Origin: Deltaproteobacteria bacterium
GTDB taxonomy: Bacteria; Myxococcota_A; Polyangia; Polyangiales; Houyiibacteriaceae
Direction: 5' to 3'
DNA length: 64,000 bases
Assembly: GCA_034670305.1 (NCBI GenBank)
Contig: JAXMNT010000011.1
Location: forward strand, 64,001 to 128,000
Notes under the pieces: model-generated
Databases searched by the model: none
Told to the model about the DNA's origin: nothing
The model's input: only the letters and a program-made list of their open reading frames with translations
Made by a program: the position numbers and the translations under genes
Part shown: positions 38,614 to 49,429 of the stretch, piece by piece
Layout of the letters: each line of letters starts with the position of its first letter
How positions within the stretch are numbered: the first letter of the stretch is position 1

Positions 38614-40818
38614 ATGAGAATGCGTCGCAACGTTGCGCTGGCAGCCCTTACCGGTCTGCTGGGAATTTCGAACATCGCTAGTGCGGATCCCCCCGTCATC
38701 GAATCCATCGAGGTCCGAGGGGAAGGGGAACGCGTCGAAGTCGCGGTGCGGGGACAATTCGAGATCCCGACCTACGCGGTGCGCACCCGCGACGACGGCC
38801 GCACGGTGGTGCTCGACGTCGCCGACGCACGTCTGCCAGACGACGGGCTCGAGCAGACGGGCTCGTCTCTCCTCGTCGAAGGCGTCGTCGGTCAGACGAC
38901 GGCGCGCGGCGTGCGGATCGAACTGCGCTTGCGGCAGCCGGTGCGCTACCGCGCCCGATCGCGCAGCGACCGGATCTTCGTTCAACTCGACCGCATGACC
39001 CAGCGGGACGGCGCACCCTCGGACGCAGCGGGAGAAGGCACGGCTCAGTCGGCTCCGGATGCACCCGAAGAAGCGTCGGCCACCACCGTTCGCGACGTGG
39101 TCATCGAACGACGCGATGGACGCGAGCGGGTGGTCATCGAACTCGACCGCCCGGCGCGTTTCCGCCTCGACCGCGACGCGACCGGTCCCGCCCGTCTCCA
39201 CATTCGCGACGCCCGCTTGGGCTCGCAGCTTCAGCGGCAGCGACGGGGTCTTCCTCAGTCGCTCGTTCGTCGAGTGAACGTGCGCTACGCCAACGGCGCC
39301 GCGACGATCGAAGTCGACCGCGCCGAAGGCGCCACGGGCACCGCGATCCGCAGCGGCAACCGCATCGTATGGATGTTCGACGCACCGGAAGGCGCCACGC
39401 GCCCCCGTTCGCGAACGGTTGCCCGTGAACGCGACTACGCCGCGGAGACGCCCGAGGTCGCCGCGTTCCTCAGCGACGTACCCCTGCAGGTGCGCGGTGC
39501 GCGGACGGGCCGCCGGTTCTCCGGCCGCCGCATCGACCTCGACTTCAAGGACGCGGACATTCACAACATCCTTCGGCTCCTCGCCGAGGTCGGTGGCGTG
39601 AACATCGTCACCGCCGACGACGTGCAGGGCTCGGTCACCATCCGCATGCGCAACGTGCCGTGGGACCAAGCGCTGGACGTCATCCTTCAGGCCAAGGGGC
39701 TCGGCATGGTCCGCCGCGGCAACCTCATTCGAGTCGCGCCCCTCTCGACGCTGGAACAAGAGCGCGAGGCCGCCATCGCGCGGCGCAAGCAGCAGGAGCA
39801 GCTCGCGCCGCTCGAGACCCGCATCATCCCGGTCAGCTACGCGTACATCGCGAAGCTTCAGCCCCGGGTCGCGGAACTTCTCAGCGAACGCGGCAACGTG
39901 AGCATCGACGAGCGCACCAGCGTGCTCATCGTTCGGGACATCGTCGACTCGCTCGACGACGTCGAAGAGCTCGTGCGCACGCTCGACACCCAGACGCCGC
40001 AGGTGCTCATCGAAGCACGCATCGTGGAGGCGACCAGCCAGTACTCGCGCGATGTCGGCATCCAGTGGGGTGGCGACGTCACGGCCAGCAGCGCCAACGG
40101 CAACCCGACCGGACTCGTCTTCCCGAGCAACATCGGCGTCGTCGGTGGCAACGCGGATCCCCAGACACCGACCGGCGGTCTCTCTCCGTTCCAGTCGCAG
40201 GTCACGAACCCGAACTTCGCCGTCAACCTGCCCGCCATCACCGGCGCCGGACAGGGTGGTGCGCTCGGTCTCACGCTCGGCAGCGTCGGCGGCAACGTCA
40301 ACCTCAACGTGCGTCTGTCGGCGGCGGAAGCGAACGGCACCGTCCGCATCATCAGCAGCCCGCGCATCTTGACGCTGCACAACCACGAAGCGCACATCGC
40401 TCAGGGCACGCTGATTCCGTTCTCCCAGGTCAGCGCGCAGGGCGTCAACACGGCCTTCCAGGAGGCGAAACTCGAACTTCGTGTCACGCCTCGTGTGACG
40501 GCGGACGGCGCGGTGTTGATGGAAGTGCACATCACGCGCGACGAGCCGGACTTCACGCGGACCTCGGTTCGTGGTGACCCGACGATCCTCAAGCGGGAAG
40601 CCGAGACGACCTTGCTCGTCCCGGACAGCAACACAGCGGTCATCGGCGGCATCTACACCCGGAACACCGGTCGGAACATCGACCAGATCCCGTTCTTCGG
40701 AGACATCCCCGTGCTCGGCGTCTTGTTCCAGCGCCGCCGGGTGCGCGACGAACGCAACGAGCTTCTGATCTTCTTGACCCCGCGCATCGTCAACCGCGCC
40801 GAAGCGCTGCCCGAGTAA
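38614..40818 (+). CDS. pilQ: type IV pilus secretin PilQ
   Basis: Signal peptide, AMIN-like domains, GRRIDLDFKDADI, NVPWDQALD, PQVLIEARIVE, IPFFGDIPVLG, ELLIFLTPRI. Confidence 0.97.
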   Translation: MRMRRNVALAALTGLLGISNIASADPPVIESIEVRGEGERVEVAVRGQFEIPTYAVRTRDDGRTVVLDVADARLPDDGLEQTGSSLLVEGVVGQTTARGVRIELRLRQPVRYRARSRSDRIFVQLDRMTQRDGAPSDAAGEGTAQSAPDAPEEASATTVRDVVIERRDGRERVVIELDRPARFRLDRDATGPARLHIRDARLGSQLQRQRRGLPQSLVRRVNVRYANGAATIEVDRAEGATGTAIRSGNRIVWMFDAPEGATRPRSRTVARERDYAAETPEVAAFLSDVPLQVRGARTGRRFSGRRIDLDFKDADIHNILRLLAEVGGVNIVTADDVQGSVTIRMRNVPWDQALDVILQAKGLGMVRRGNLIRVAPLSTLEQEREAAIARRKQQEQLAPLETRIIPVSYAYIAKLQPRVAELLSERGNVSIDERTSVLIVRDIVDSLDDVEELVRTLDTQTPQVLIEARIVEATSQYSRDVGIQWGGDVTASSANGNPTGLVFPSNIGVVGGNADPQTPTGGLSPFQSQVTNPNFAVNLPAITGAGQGGALGLTLGSVGGNVNLNVRLSAAEANGTVRIISSPRILTLHNHEAHIAQGTLIPFSQVSAQGVNTAFQEAKLELRVTPRVTADGAVLMEVHITRDEPDFTRTSVRGDPTILKREAETTLLVPDSNTAVIGGIYTRNTGRNIDQIPFFGDIPVLGVLFQRRRVRDERNELLIFLTPRIVNRAEALPE

Positions 40819-40835
40819 GAACACATAGCGACGAA

Positions 40836-40870
40836 GAAGAGGGCCGGTCCGCAAGGGCTGGCCCTTTTTC
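40836..40870 (+). terminator. Rho-independent terminator after pilQ
   Basis: AGGGCCGGTCC-GCAA-GGGCTGGCCCT followed by TTTT. Confidence 0.8.
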
Positions 40871-40929
40871 TTGGTCTCGGCGCTGCTGAGCGCCGAAGAC
40901 CGCCAAGGTAGAGCCTTGGCGCGAAGCGA

Positions 40930-40997
40930 AGTTGGGGAGGAGGCCCGTGGGGCTTTGTCCCGCCGGCCGCAAAGGGATGCGCCATCCCCGACACAAC
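40930..40997 (+). repeat. REP-like double-hairpin element, copy C
   Basis: AGTTGGGGAGGAGGCC[19 nt]GGCCG...GGGATG-CGC-CATCCC-CGACACAAC, similar to copies A and B. Confidence 0.6.
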
Positions 40998-41049
40998 GGA
41001 GTCCTGCGATCGGCTGCCGCACCGGGCTGGGATCGGGTAGACCTCAGTC

Positions 41050-42582
41050 GTGCGCATCTTTCTCTCTGGGCCGATGGGGGCCGGCAAGTCGACCTTGGCG
41101 GCGCCGCTCGCGGAGGCACTCGGGCTGAGGTCGATCGACCTCGACGAAGCGATCGTGGCCGACGCCGGCAAGTCGATCGCGCGCATCTTCGCGGACGACG
41201 GGGAGGTGGCGTTTCGCGCGCTCGAAGGCAAAGCCGCGTGCCGGCTGCTCGGGGACGACGGGTACGTGGTCGCCCTCGGCGGCGGTACGGTGACCCACCC
41301 GGTGACCCGGCGCGCGCTCCTCCACGCCGGCGTGCTTCTGACCCTCCGCGCACCGATCGATGTGCTGGTGCAGCGGGTGGGCCAGACCGAACACCGACCG
41401 TTGCTCGCGGGCGACCCGAAGGCGCGGCTCGAGACGCTGCTCGCGGCGCGGCGGGGCGCCTACGCCGAGTGCCATGGGTTCATCGACGCCGAGCAGCCGC
41501 TCGAAACGCAGGTTCGCGAGGCGACCCGCATCGTTCGAGAGCGACCGATCGCGGTGCCGCTTGGCGAGCGGTCCTACGTCGTCGAGATCGGGACCGGCAT
41601 CCGGTCTCGCACCGCCGCGAAGCTGCCCGACCGACCCTGCGTGTTCGTCGCGGACGAACACACCGAGACGTGGCGCGACCCGCTGGCGCGAGACGGCGAC
41701 GTGCGCGTCACGTTGCGGGCGGGTGAAGCCCACAAGACGATCGAGGCGGCAGCGCGCATCTGGGACGCTGCGCTCGAAGCGCAGGTCGACCGAACCTCGT
41801 GCGTGGTCGCGGTCGGTGGTGGGGTCGTCGGCGACCTGAGTGGCTTCGCCGCGGCGACGTTGCTGCGCGGGGTGGGCTTCGGGCAAGTGCCCACCAGTCT
41901 GCTTGCGATGGTCGACAGTTCGGTCGGCGGCAAGACCGGGTTCAACCGCGCCGCTGGCAAGAACCTCGTCGGCGCGTTTCACCAGCCGAAGTTCGTGCTC
42001 TGCGACGTCGAGACGCTCACGACGCTGCCGGACGAAGAACGCACGAGCGGGCTCGCCGAGGTCGTGAAGTCCGCCTGGCTGGCGGGCGAAGAGGCGGTGG
42101 CCGAGCTCGAACGAGATGCGGCGCTTCTCGTTGGCAAGGACCCGGAAGCGACCGAACGGTGCATCCGCCGGAGCGTCGCGCTGAAGGCGTCGATCGTCGA
42201 AGCGGACGAGCGGGAGTCCGGTCCACGCATGCTCCTGAACCTCGGCCACACGGTGGGTCATGGGCTCGAAGCGGACGCCGGATACGGCGGGCTGCGGCAC
42301 GGTGACGCGGTGGCGCTTGGACTCGTGGCCGCGACCCGGGTCGCCCGCGGGCTCGGAGCGATGGGGGCGGACCAGGCGGAGCGGCTCGTCCGGTTGATCG
42401 GTCGCCTCGGATTGCCGACCGATTTGGACCCGCGACTGCGCAAGGAGGTCTGGCGCTTCGTGGCGGGCGACAAGAAGCGATCGGGCGACCAGATCCGCTT
42501 CGTCGTGCCGTCCGAGCCGGGGCGGGCGCGGATCGAACCGCTCGCGCTCCACCGGGTGCAGGCGCTGGTCGAGCGGGCCTGA
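41050..42582 (+). CDS. aroKB: bifunctional shikimate kinase / 3-dehydroquinate synthase
   Basis: GPMGAGKST, FRALE, LGGG and RPLL, then GGGVVGDLSGFAAA, PTSLLAMVDSSVGGKT, LNLGHTVGH and LRHGDAV. Confidence 0.95.
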   Translation: MRIFLSGPMGAGKSTLAAPLAEALGLRSIDLDEAIVADAGKSIARIFADDGEVAFRALEGKAACRLLGDDGYVVALGGGTVTHPVTRRALLHAGVLLTLRAPIDVLVQRVGQTEHRPLLAGDPKARLETLLAARRGAYAECHGFIDAEQPLETQVREATRIVRERPIAVPLGERSYVVEIGTGIRSRTAAKLPDRPCVFVADEHTETWRDPLARDGDVRVTLRAGEAHKTIEAAARIWDAALEAQVDRTSCVVAVGGGVVGDLSGFAAATLLRGVGFGQVPTSLLAMVDSSVGGKTGFNRAAGKNLVGAFHQPKFVLCDVETLTTLPDEERTSGLAEVVKSAWLAGEEAVAELERDAALLVGKDPEATERCIRRSVALKASIVEADERESGPRMLLNLGHTVGHGLEADAGYGGLRHGDAVALGLVAATRVARGLGAMGADQAERLVRLIGRLGLPTDLDPRLRKEVWRFVAGDKKRSGDQIRFVVPSEPGRARIEPLALHRVQALVERA

Positions 42583-42716
42583 ACCCGCCGAGGCCACACC
42601 GAGCCCCATCTTCTGCCTTTCGGTGGTTCGTGCCTGCGCGAAATTTGGTTCCGGGGACCGGGCCCGGTACGATCTCCTTACCGCCCTTCGTTTGTCGACG
42701 TGCGGTGGAGGAGTCC

Positions 42717-43397
42717 ATGGTCCGTCTGCGTCCCAGTTCCAAGTCTGCGCTCATGATGTGTTCCGTCCTGCTCGGCATGACCGGTGTCAGCGGGTGTGCG
42801 GACGACAACGTCTCCCTCTTCGTGCGCGGCCCGGTGCCGCCCATGGCGTCGATGGGCAGTTGCACGTTCGACCCGAGCGGCGACCTCCAGTTCGATGGGA
42901 CGTTCGACGTGGGCAGCACGTTTCCGCGCCGCACCGGCTACAAACTCGGACTGGCGGTTCAGAACCAGCTCCAGGCCCGCGCCACCAGTGGCCGCGCGGA
43001 GCCGAACGGCATCCACATCACCCGCGCGGAGATCCGGCTCGAGGACATTGGCGGCAACCTCATCCTGCCGGCGTACTCCGTGCCGACGGCGGGCTATGTG
43101 CCTCCCGGCGCAGACGCGACGAACCCAGGGCAGGGCATCGTGACGGTGGAGGTCATTCCGGTCTCCGTGATTCCGGCACTCGCCGGGGTGGGAGACGGCG
43201 CGACCGTCGTTTCGTACATCCGCCTCTTCGGAGAGACGAATGGCACCATCGACATCGAGACCGGGGACTACGTGTGGCCGATCTCGCTGTGCAACGGATG
43301 CCTCTTCCTCTGCTTGGACGATCCCGATGCCTCGCAAGAGCTGGCGTGCATTCCTGGGCAGGACTCGGTGAGTCTGATCCAGTGCGGCGCGATGTAG
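42717..43397 (+). CDS. hypothetical beta-rich lipoprotein
   Basis: GGAGGAG RBS, lipobox VSGC, and a C-terminal Cys cluster (LCNGCLFLC..CIPGQD). Confidence 0.8.
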   Translation: MVRLRPSSKSALMMCSVLLGMTGVSGCADDNVSLFVRGPVPPMASMGSCTFDPSGDLQFDGTFDVGSTFPRRTGYKLGLAVQNQLQARATSGRAEPNGIHITRAEIRLEDIGGNLILPAYSVPTAGYVPPGADATNPGQGIVTVEVIPVSVIPALAGVGDGATVVSYIRLFGETNGTIDIETGDYVWPISLCNGCLFLCLDDPDASQELACIPGQDSVSLIQCGAM

Positions 43398-43420
43398 CGG
43401 TTTGCGGATTCTGAGAAGCG

Positions 43421-43450
43421 GAAGCGCTCGCCGGAAGGCGGGCGCTTTTT
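43421..43450 (+). terminator. Rho-independent terminator
   Basis: AAGCGCTCGCC-GGAA-GGCGGGCGCTT followed by TTT. Confidence 0.8.
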
Positions 43451-43455
43451 CGTGT

Positions 43456-43773
<318 letters not shown>

Positions 43774-43787
43774 GTTGTGGCCGACTT

Positions 43788-45746
43788 CTAGGCGGGCTTG
43801 GGGCGGCGGAGGCGGGTGATGCCTTCGGCGAGGAGGGTGGCGCCGGCGAGGAGGAAGAGCCAGGGGGCGAGGGGGCGGCGGGAGCGGCCGCCGGATTCGG
43901 TCACGGTCTCTGGCGGGAGTTCGGGGAGGGCGGCGGTGCGGAGGTCGGATTCGGCGGCGGGTGGGGCGACGATGAAACGGCCCCGCACTTCGTCGTCGGC
44001 ATCGCGCCACTCGTACACGCCGCTCGCGTACGTCTCGGTGAAGGGGCCGGCCAACTCCACACGCTCGCCGTTCGGAAGCCGCACGTGGGTGGCGCCCTCG
44101 GGCGGTTCGCTGGGGGCGCCGGCTTCGATGCGCTGACTCGGCGCGGTGCGTCCGGAGGAGAGCCGTCCACACAACTCATGGGCGAGCGCGACGTAGCCGG
44201 GATGGTAGGGGAGGTCGGTGCCCGCGTCGTCGAGGGTGGTGGCCAGCATCGCGACCCGGCCGAGGCCGACCCGGCCTTCGATCAACACCGGACTGCCGTT
44301 TCCCGTCCGCGCGACGACGGTCGCGTCCGTGTTTGGATCCAGCTCGTAGAGTCGACGGATGCGTGCGTTGCCGAACTCCAGGATCCCTGCGCCCTCTGCA
44401 ACGATCGCTTCGTCCACGGTGCGCGCGGGCTGCACTCGTGCGATCGCCGCCCGTCCGAGCCGCCGCGTGAGCGTGGGACCGTCCATCTTCTGGCCCATGG
44501 CGATGAGCAGGCCACCGCCCGCCTCGACGAAACGCCGCAGCGCCGCGCTCGCGCGCGCGGTCGGGATCGCGTTCGCGAGCACCACGACGTCGACTTCGCC
44601 CAAGTCGTCCGCGCCGAAGCGGTCGGCGTCGATGATGCGGTGGCGCACGCGGCCGACCCGGCCGGCCGCCGGGCTCTCGAGTGCGCGCGCGAACCAGCCG
44701 ACCTCGTCGCGGGTCGGGGTGGGATGGGGATCTCCATCCACCAGCAGCGCGCGGATCGCGGCCGGAGGTTGCAGCATGAGCGGCCGGCGGTCGTCGGCGG
44801 GCAGAAGTTCGTCCCCGCTGGTCTCTTTCCAGCGTGCGAAGGCGACCGGGGTCGCTTGCGCAGGCACATGCAGCGTCAGCGCGGTGGTCGGACCGGTGGC
44901 CTGGGCGGTGCCCTCCGCCAGCACCTCGCCGGACTCGTCTTCGATCACGATCGCGTTCGCGACGCCGTCGTCCTCGTGATGTGGGGTGCGCAGCAGCAGC
45001 CGGACCGACACTTGGCCCGGCGTGGTCGGGTCGGGTGCCCCTTCGGCTTCGAGCACCGCGCGGTTCGGGGTGTCTTCGGCGCCAAGCCGTTCGATCGCGA
45101 CCTGCACCCCGCGTTCCGGCCACGCGATGCTCCGAGGGTTCGCGTGCACCGCGAAGTCCGAGAGCACGAGGAGCCGCCGGTCGTGCCGCGCGGCGGAGAG
45201 GCTGCGCCGCGCCAGGTCGACGGCGCCGGGAAGGTCCGAACCGCGCGCCGAAGTCTCCGGCAGGGTTCGGAGCACCCGCAAGGCGGGCTCGGTTGCGTCG
45301 CTTCGTTCGGCCACGAGCCGGGCCGGATGTCCGGCGAAGACGAGGGAGACCTCCGAGCCGGTGGGCAGGGCTTCGATGGTGCGCACCGCGAGTGCGACCG
45401 CGTCTTCGATCCGAGTGCCGTTTTCGCCGTCCTGGGTCCACATGGACATCGAGTCGTCGAGCACGATGGCGACGCTCGACCGGTGCCCGTCGTCGAATGC
45501 CGCGCGGGTGGTGACGAACGGAGACGCGATCGCGAACACCACCAGCGCGAGCAGGAGCAGGCGCAGCGCGAGCAGCCACACGTCGCGAAGTTGCAGGCGG
45601 CGCCGGCTCGTCGCGGTCGCGCGCCCGAGCAGCACCACGGTGGGCAGCGTCAACTTCGGCAGGTCCTTGCGCCGAAGCAGGTGGATGGCGATCGGAAGTC
45701 CGAGCGCGAAGAGCCCCAACAAGGCCACCGGGAGCGCGAGGCCCAT
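43788..45746 (-). CDS. BatA-domain / VWA membrane protein
   Basis: LPIAIHLL..LLLALRLLLLALVVFAIASP, MIDAS LDDSMSM, LSDF, GGGLL, AAESDL and a C-terminal TM. Confidence 0.9.
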   Translation of the reverse strand: MGLALPVALLGLFALGLPIAIHLLRRKDLPKLTLPTVVLLGRATATSRRRLQLRDVWLLALRLLLLALVVFAIASPFVTTRAAFDDGHRSSVAIVLDDSMSMWTQDGENGTRIEDAVALAVRTIEALPTGSEVSLVFAGHPARLVAERSDATEPALRVLRTLPETSARGSDLPGAVDLARRSLSAARHDRRLLVLSDFAVHANPRSIAWPERGVQVAIERLGAEDTPNRAVLEAEGAPDPTTPGQVSVRLLLRTPHHEDDGVANAIVIEDESGEVLAEGTAQATGPTTALTLHVPAQATPVAFARWKETSGDELLPADDRRPLMLQPPAAIRALLVDGDPHPTPTRDEVGWFARALESPAAGRVGRVRHRIIDADRFGADDLGEVDVVVLANAIPTARASAALRRFVEAGGGLLIAMGQKMDGPTLTRRLGRAAIARVQPARTVDEAIVAEGAGILEFGNARIRRLYELDPNTDATVVARTGNGSPVLIEGRVGLGRVAMLATTLDDAGTDLPYHPGYVALAHELCGRLSSGRTAPSQRIEAGAPSEPPEGATHVRLPNGERVELAGPFTETYASGVYEWRDADDEVRGRFIVAPPAAESDLRTAALPELPPETVTESGGRSRRPLAPWLFLLAGATLLAEGITRLRRPKPA

Positions 45747-46720
45747 CAGCGGCTCCACCCAGCACGGCTGCGGCGAAGAAGCCGCGCGAGCACCCGCTCC
45801 ACCGGGACATGGGTGGGGGCCAACTCGTAGCGGGCCCCCGCAGCGGTGCACCGCAACCGGGCATCCTCCAGGAAGCGCTCGATTTCCTCTGCATACTGCG
45901 CGCGGGCGGTGTGGGTGTCCGCTTCGACCCGCGCTTCGTCTTCGAGCCCCTCGAAGCGCGCGGCACCGACGTCGGGCAATTCGAGTTCGTCCGAGTGCAG
46001 CACGTGCAACACGATCACCATGTGCCCTCGGGCATGCAGCTGCGCGATCGGCGCGAGCGCATCTGGGGAGAGGTCGAGCAGGTCGCTTGCGATCACCACG
46101 AGCCCTCGGCGTCCGGCCGGTTCCAGGGCCTCCACCAGCGACCGATGCAGCCCCGTCGAGGCCCGGCCACGGTTGGCGTCGGCCCGCACCGCCAGGCGTC
46201 GGAAGACGAGGTCGAGATGCGCTGCCCGCGAGCGCGGTCGGACGATGTCGCCCTCGAGCCCATCGCCGAAGCCGGCCACGCCAACCGCGTCTCCCTGATG
46301 GATCAGCAGCAGCGCGAACGCAGCCAGGAGCTCGGCGGCGTGGTCGTCCTTGCGTCGACCCTCGTCGGTCTCGTGCTTGGGGGGCACACAGCCTCCGAAC
46401 GCCATCGACCCACTCTCGTCGCGCAACAGCAGTGCTCGGAGCTGGGTCTCCTGCTCGAACCGCTTGATCATGTGCCGGTCGGTGCGGGCGAACGCGCGCC
46501 AATCGATCAACCGTGGTTCGTCGCCGGGGCGGTACTCGCGGTGTTCGACGAACACAACGCTCGCGCCGCGGTGCGGGCTGCGGTGTTGGCCGCTGAGCAA
46601 TCCTTCGACCGCGCGTGTGGCCCGAAAGGAGAGTGCGCGTGCGCGGGCCGCGACGCCCGGATCCAGCACCTCCGGTGCGGAGTCGACTTCGCGCGCCGCC
46701 GCTCGTCGGGGCGGGCTCAC
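45746..46720 (-). CDS. DUF58 protein
   Basis: [47 protein letters not shown]. Confidence 0.93.
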   Translation of the reverse strand: MSPPRRAAAREVDSAPEVLDPGVAARARALSFRATRAVEGLLSGQHRSPHRGASVVFVEHREYRPGDEPRLIDWRAFARTDRHMIKRFEQETQLRALLLRDESGSMAFGGCVPPKHETDEGRRKDDHAAELLAAFALLLIHQGDAVGVAGFGDGLEGDIVRPRSRAAHLDLVFRRLAVRADANRGRASTGLHRSLVEALEPAGRRGLVVIASDLLDLSPDALAPIAQLHARGHMVIVLHVLHSDELELPDVGAARFEGLEDEARVEADTHTARAQYAEEIERFLEDARLRCTAAGARYELAPTHVPVERVLARLLRRSRAGWSR

Positions 46721-47799
46721 GGCTTGGTGGCGTCGAGGACCGCGTCGACGATGTCGGCCGGCGTCACGCCTTCGGCTTCGGCGCGAAAGCTCGGTACCAA
46801 ACGATGTCGGAGGACGGGCCGGGCGAGTGCGCGCACGTCCTCGATCTCAGCCGCGAAGCGGCCGTCGAGCACCGCGCGTGCTTTGGCCCCGAGAATGAGC
46901 GCCTGGCTCGCACGGGGTCCGGCGCCGAACGCGAGGAACCGCTCCACCGGCTCCACGCCCTTGTCCTGTCCCGAGTCGGGCCGGGTCGAGCGCACGATCG
47001 CCACCGCGTGGGCGAGCACGTGGTCGGCGACCGGCACGCGCGGCACGAGCGCCTGAAGTGCGAGGATCTCCTCCCGATCGAGCACCGGTTCCGGCGCCGC
47101 GAGTTGGGGGGAGGTGGTGCGCCGCACGATCTCGATCTCTTCTTCCGCGCTCGGGTAGCCGACATCCACCTGGAAGAGGAACCGGTCGAGCTGCGCTTCG
47201 GGGAGCGGGTACGTGCCTTCCTGTTCGATCGGGTTCTGGGTGGCGAAGACCAGGAAGGGGGCGTCGAGCGTGTGGGTTCGACCACCGGCGGTGACTTGGC
47301 CCTCTGCCATCGCCTGGAGCAGGGCGGCCTGGGTCTTCGGCGGGGTCCGGTTGATCTCATCCGCCAAGAGAATGTTGGCGAACACGGGGCCCTTCATGAA
47401 ACGAAACCGCCGTTTGCCGGTCTCCGGGCTCTCTTCGAGCACGTCGGTGCCGGTGATGTCGCTCGGCATCAGGTCTGGGGTGAACTGGATCCGCCGGAAA
47501 CCGAGGGTGAGCACATCGGCCAGCGACTGGATCAACAACGTCTTCGCGAGGCCCGGGACGCCGACGAAGAGGCCGTGCCCACGGGCGAACAACGCCACCA
47601 AGAGCAGTTCCAGCACTTCGTCTTGCCCGACGATGCGTCGGTGGACCTGCGCACGGATGTTCCGCTTGGCGTCCGCCAGCTGCTGCACCCGCTCGACGTC
47701 GGTCGGCCCAGCGACGACCGGGGGCTCCGAAGGGGTCGCCGATGGGGCGTCCGCAGGGGCTTTCGAGGGCTCCGGGGGCAAGGAAGAGACGTCCGTCAC
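46717..47799 (-). CDS. MoxR-family AAA+ ATPase
   Basis: [60 protein letters not shown]. Confidence 0.95.
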   Translation of the reverse strand: MTDVSSLPPEPSKAPADAPSATPSEPPVVAGPTDVERVQQLADAKRNIRAQVHRRIVGQDEVLELLLVALFARGHGLFVGVPGLAKTLLIQSLADVLTLGFRRIQFTPDLMPSDITGTDVLEESPETGKRRFRFMKGPVFANILLADEINRTPPKTQAALLQAMAEGQVTAGGRTHTLDAPFLVFATQNPIEQEGTYPLPEAQLDRFLFQVDVGYPSAEEEIEIVRRTTSPQLAAPEPVLDREEILALQALVPRVPVADHVLAHAVAIVRSTRPDSGQDKGVEPVERFLAFGAGPRASQALILGAKARAVLDGRFAAEIEDVRALARPVLRHRLVPSFRAEAEGVTPADIVDAVLDATKP

Positions 47800-47959
47800 G
47801 ATCTTCTTCCTACCGAAACGGTTTGAAGATGCACGTCTTTTCTGAATCGAACCGGCTGGATGCGCGTTTGCGGTCGGAGGGCTGCGCGCAAAGCGCCGCC
47901 GACGCTTCCACGGTCGAGGGCGTTTGACGCCGCTCTTGGCGCGTTGCCCGGGTCAACCG

Positions 47960-49429
47960 ATGAGACTACGTTCCGCCGCCATGGGCCCCCGCCCCCACCA
48001 TATCCTTCGCCGCGCGACGGCAATCTTCCTGCTTTTCCTGGGAATCGGCTGCGACCAGTCGGGCGAGCCGCCCCCTCCGGCGCGGCTCAACTTTCCCATC
48101 GCCATCGGGATCTCCCCCGACCAGCAGGTCCTGTTCATCGCGAACTCCAACTTCGACCTGGCGTTCAACTCGTCGTCGCTCCAGGCCTACTCCCTGTCCG
48201 TGCTGAACGACAGCCTGGACGCACAGGCCTGCTCCGAAGACGTGGCCGACCGCTGCGGCGTCATTCCGGTCGAGGACGCCCGCGACGATCTGGCCTCGCT
48301 CGACATCGAGCCCATCTCCGGATTGCTGCTCAGCGAGGTCTACATCGGCTCCTACGCGAGCGGCATGGGGGTCGGGACCCGCGCGGGTGGCGGACACCGG
48401 GTGTACCTGCCGGTGCGTTCGGACGCGAACCTCACGTTCGTCGATGTCGACACCAGCGGCCGGCTCTCCTGCGGGGAAGGGTTCGCCGCACCAGGGGCCC
48501 CGTACGCTTGCACCGATGCGTTCCGTCAGGGGAACGACGAGACGGCCACGGTGCGCTCCATCGAGCTGCCTTCGGATCCCGTTGGCATCCACGTGGGCCC
48601 GCTGTCCGATGTCGTCACCGGCGGCGGTGCGGTCTTGCCCGAAGCCAACTACGTCATGCTCGCGCACCGCGATGGCCGGGCCAGCTTGTTCTTCGACGAG
48701 GAGGCCGGCTTCGACGTCGCGCCCCGTCTGATTCACACCATCGCCGGCCTGCCGCGTGAGCTCGTCGGCCTCACGGTGGACCCAGTCACCAAGATGGCCT
48801 GGGCCCCGAGCGCCTTCGTTCCCCTGGTGGGACGCGTCGGGGTCGCGTTCGACGGGGCCGTCGACGAACCCGATCGTTCGTTCCTCTTCAACGCGGGGGA
48901 CCTGGTCGTGCGCGGCATCGACACCGGCCGCAGCGGCGTTGGCGACACCCGGGCGGTGCGCTTCGATCCCCGGCCCGATGTGCGCCGGGCGTACATCCTC
49001 TCGCGCCTCCCCCGCGCCATGCTGACGGTGGACATCGACGACAGCGTCGGCGAGCTGAGTCTGACCGGTATCGTGGAACTCGGTCTCGGACCCTCGCGCT
49101 TCGAGGTCTCCCACTTCGAGGCCGAAGGGCGGACCCTGGCGTTCGTCTCCTGTTTCGACGCGGGGGACCTCTACGTCATCGATGTGGATCTGCAGCGCCT
49201 CATCGGCATCGCCCGCGGCATCGGCGGTCCGTTTGAGATCGCCATCGACTCGGTGACGCCCGGCCGCCGCCGCATCTACGTGCTCGACTTCCGCCAGTCG
49301 GTGGTTCGGGTGCTCGACCTCGAGCCCACGCTCGACTGTCTCTCCGATCCCGCCACGACCGTCGAGTCGTGCTCGCCGCGGCAGATCGGTGTGCTCGGTC
49401 GGCCGGTCTCGGTGCAGGAGCTTCGTTGA
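47960..49429 (+). CDS. beta-propeller-like lipoprotein
   Basis: Lipobox GIGC and YncE-like blades (FPIAIGISPD..LFIANSNFD, LAFVSCF..LYVID). Start is 47960 or 47981. Confidence 0.8.
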   Translation: MRLRSAAMGPRPHHILRRATAIFLLFLGIGCDQSGEPPPPARLNFPIAIGISPDQQVLFIANSNFDLAFNSSSLQAYSLSVLNDSLDAQACSEDVADRCGVIPVEDARDDLASLDIEPISGLLLSEVYIGSYASGMGVGTRAGGGHRVYLPVRSDANLTFVDVDTSGRLSCGEGFAAPGAPYACTDAFRQGNDETATVRSIELPSDPVGIHVGPLSDVVTGGGAVLPEANYVMLAHRDGRASLFFDEEAGFDVAPRLIHTIAGLPRELVGLTVDPVTKMAWAPSAFVPLVGRVGVAFDGAVDEPDRSFLFNAGDLVVRGIDTGRSGVGDTRAVRFDPRPDVRRAYILSRLPRAMLTVDIDDSVGELSLTGIVELGLGPSRFEVSHFEAEGRTLAFVSCFDAGDLYVIDVDLQRLIGIARGIGGPFEIAIDSVTPGRRRIYVLDFRQSVVRVLDLEPTLDCLSDPATTVESCSPRQIGVLGRPVSVQELR

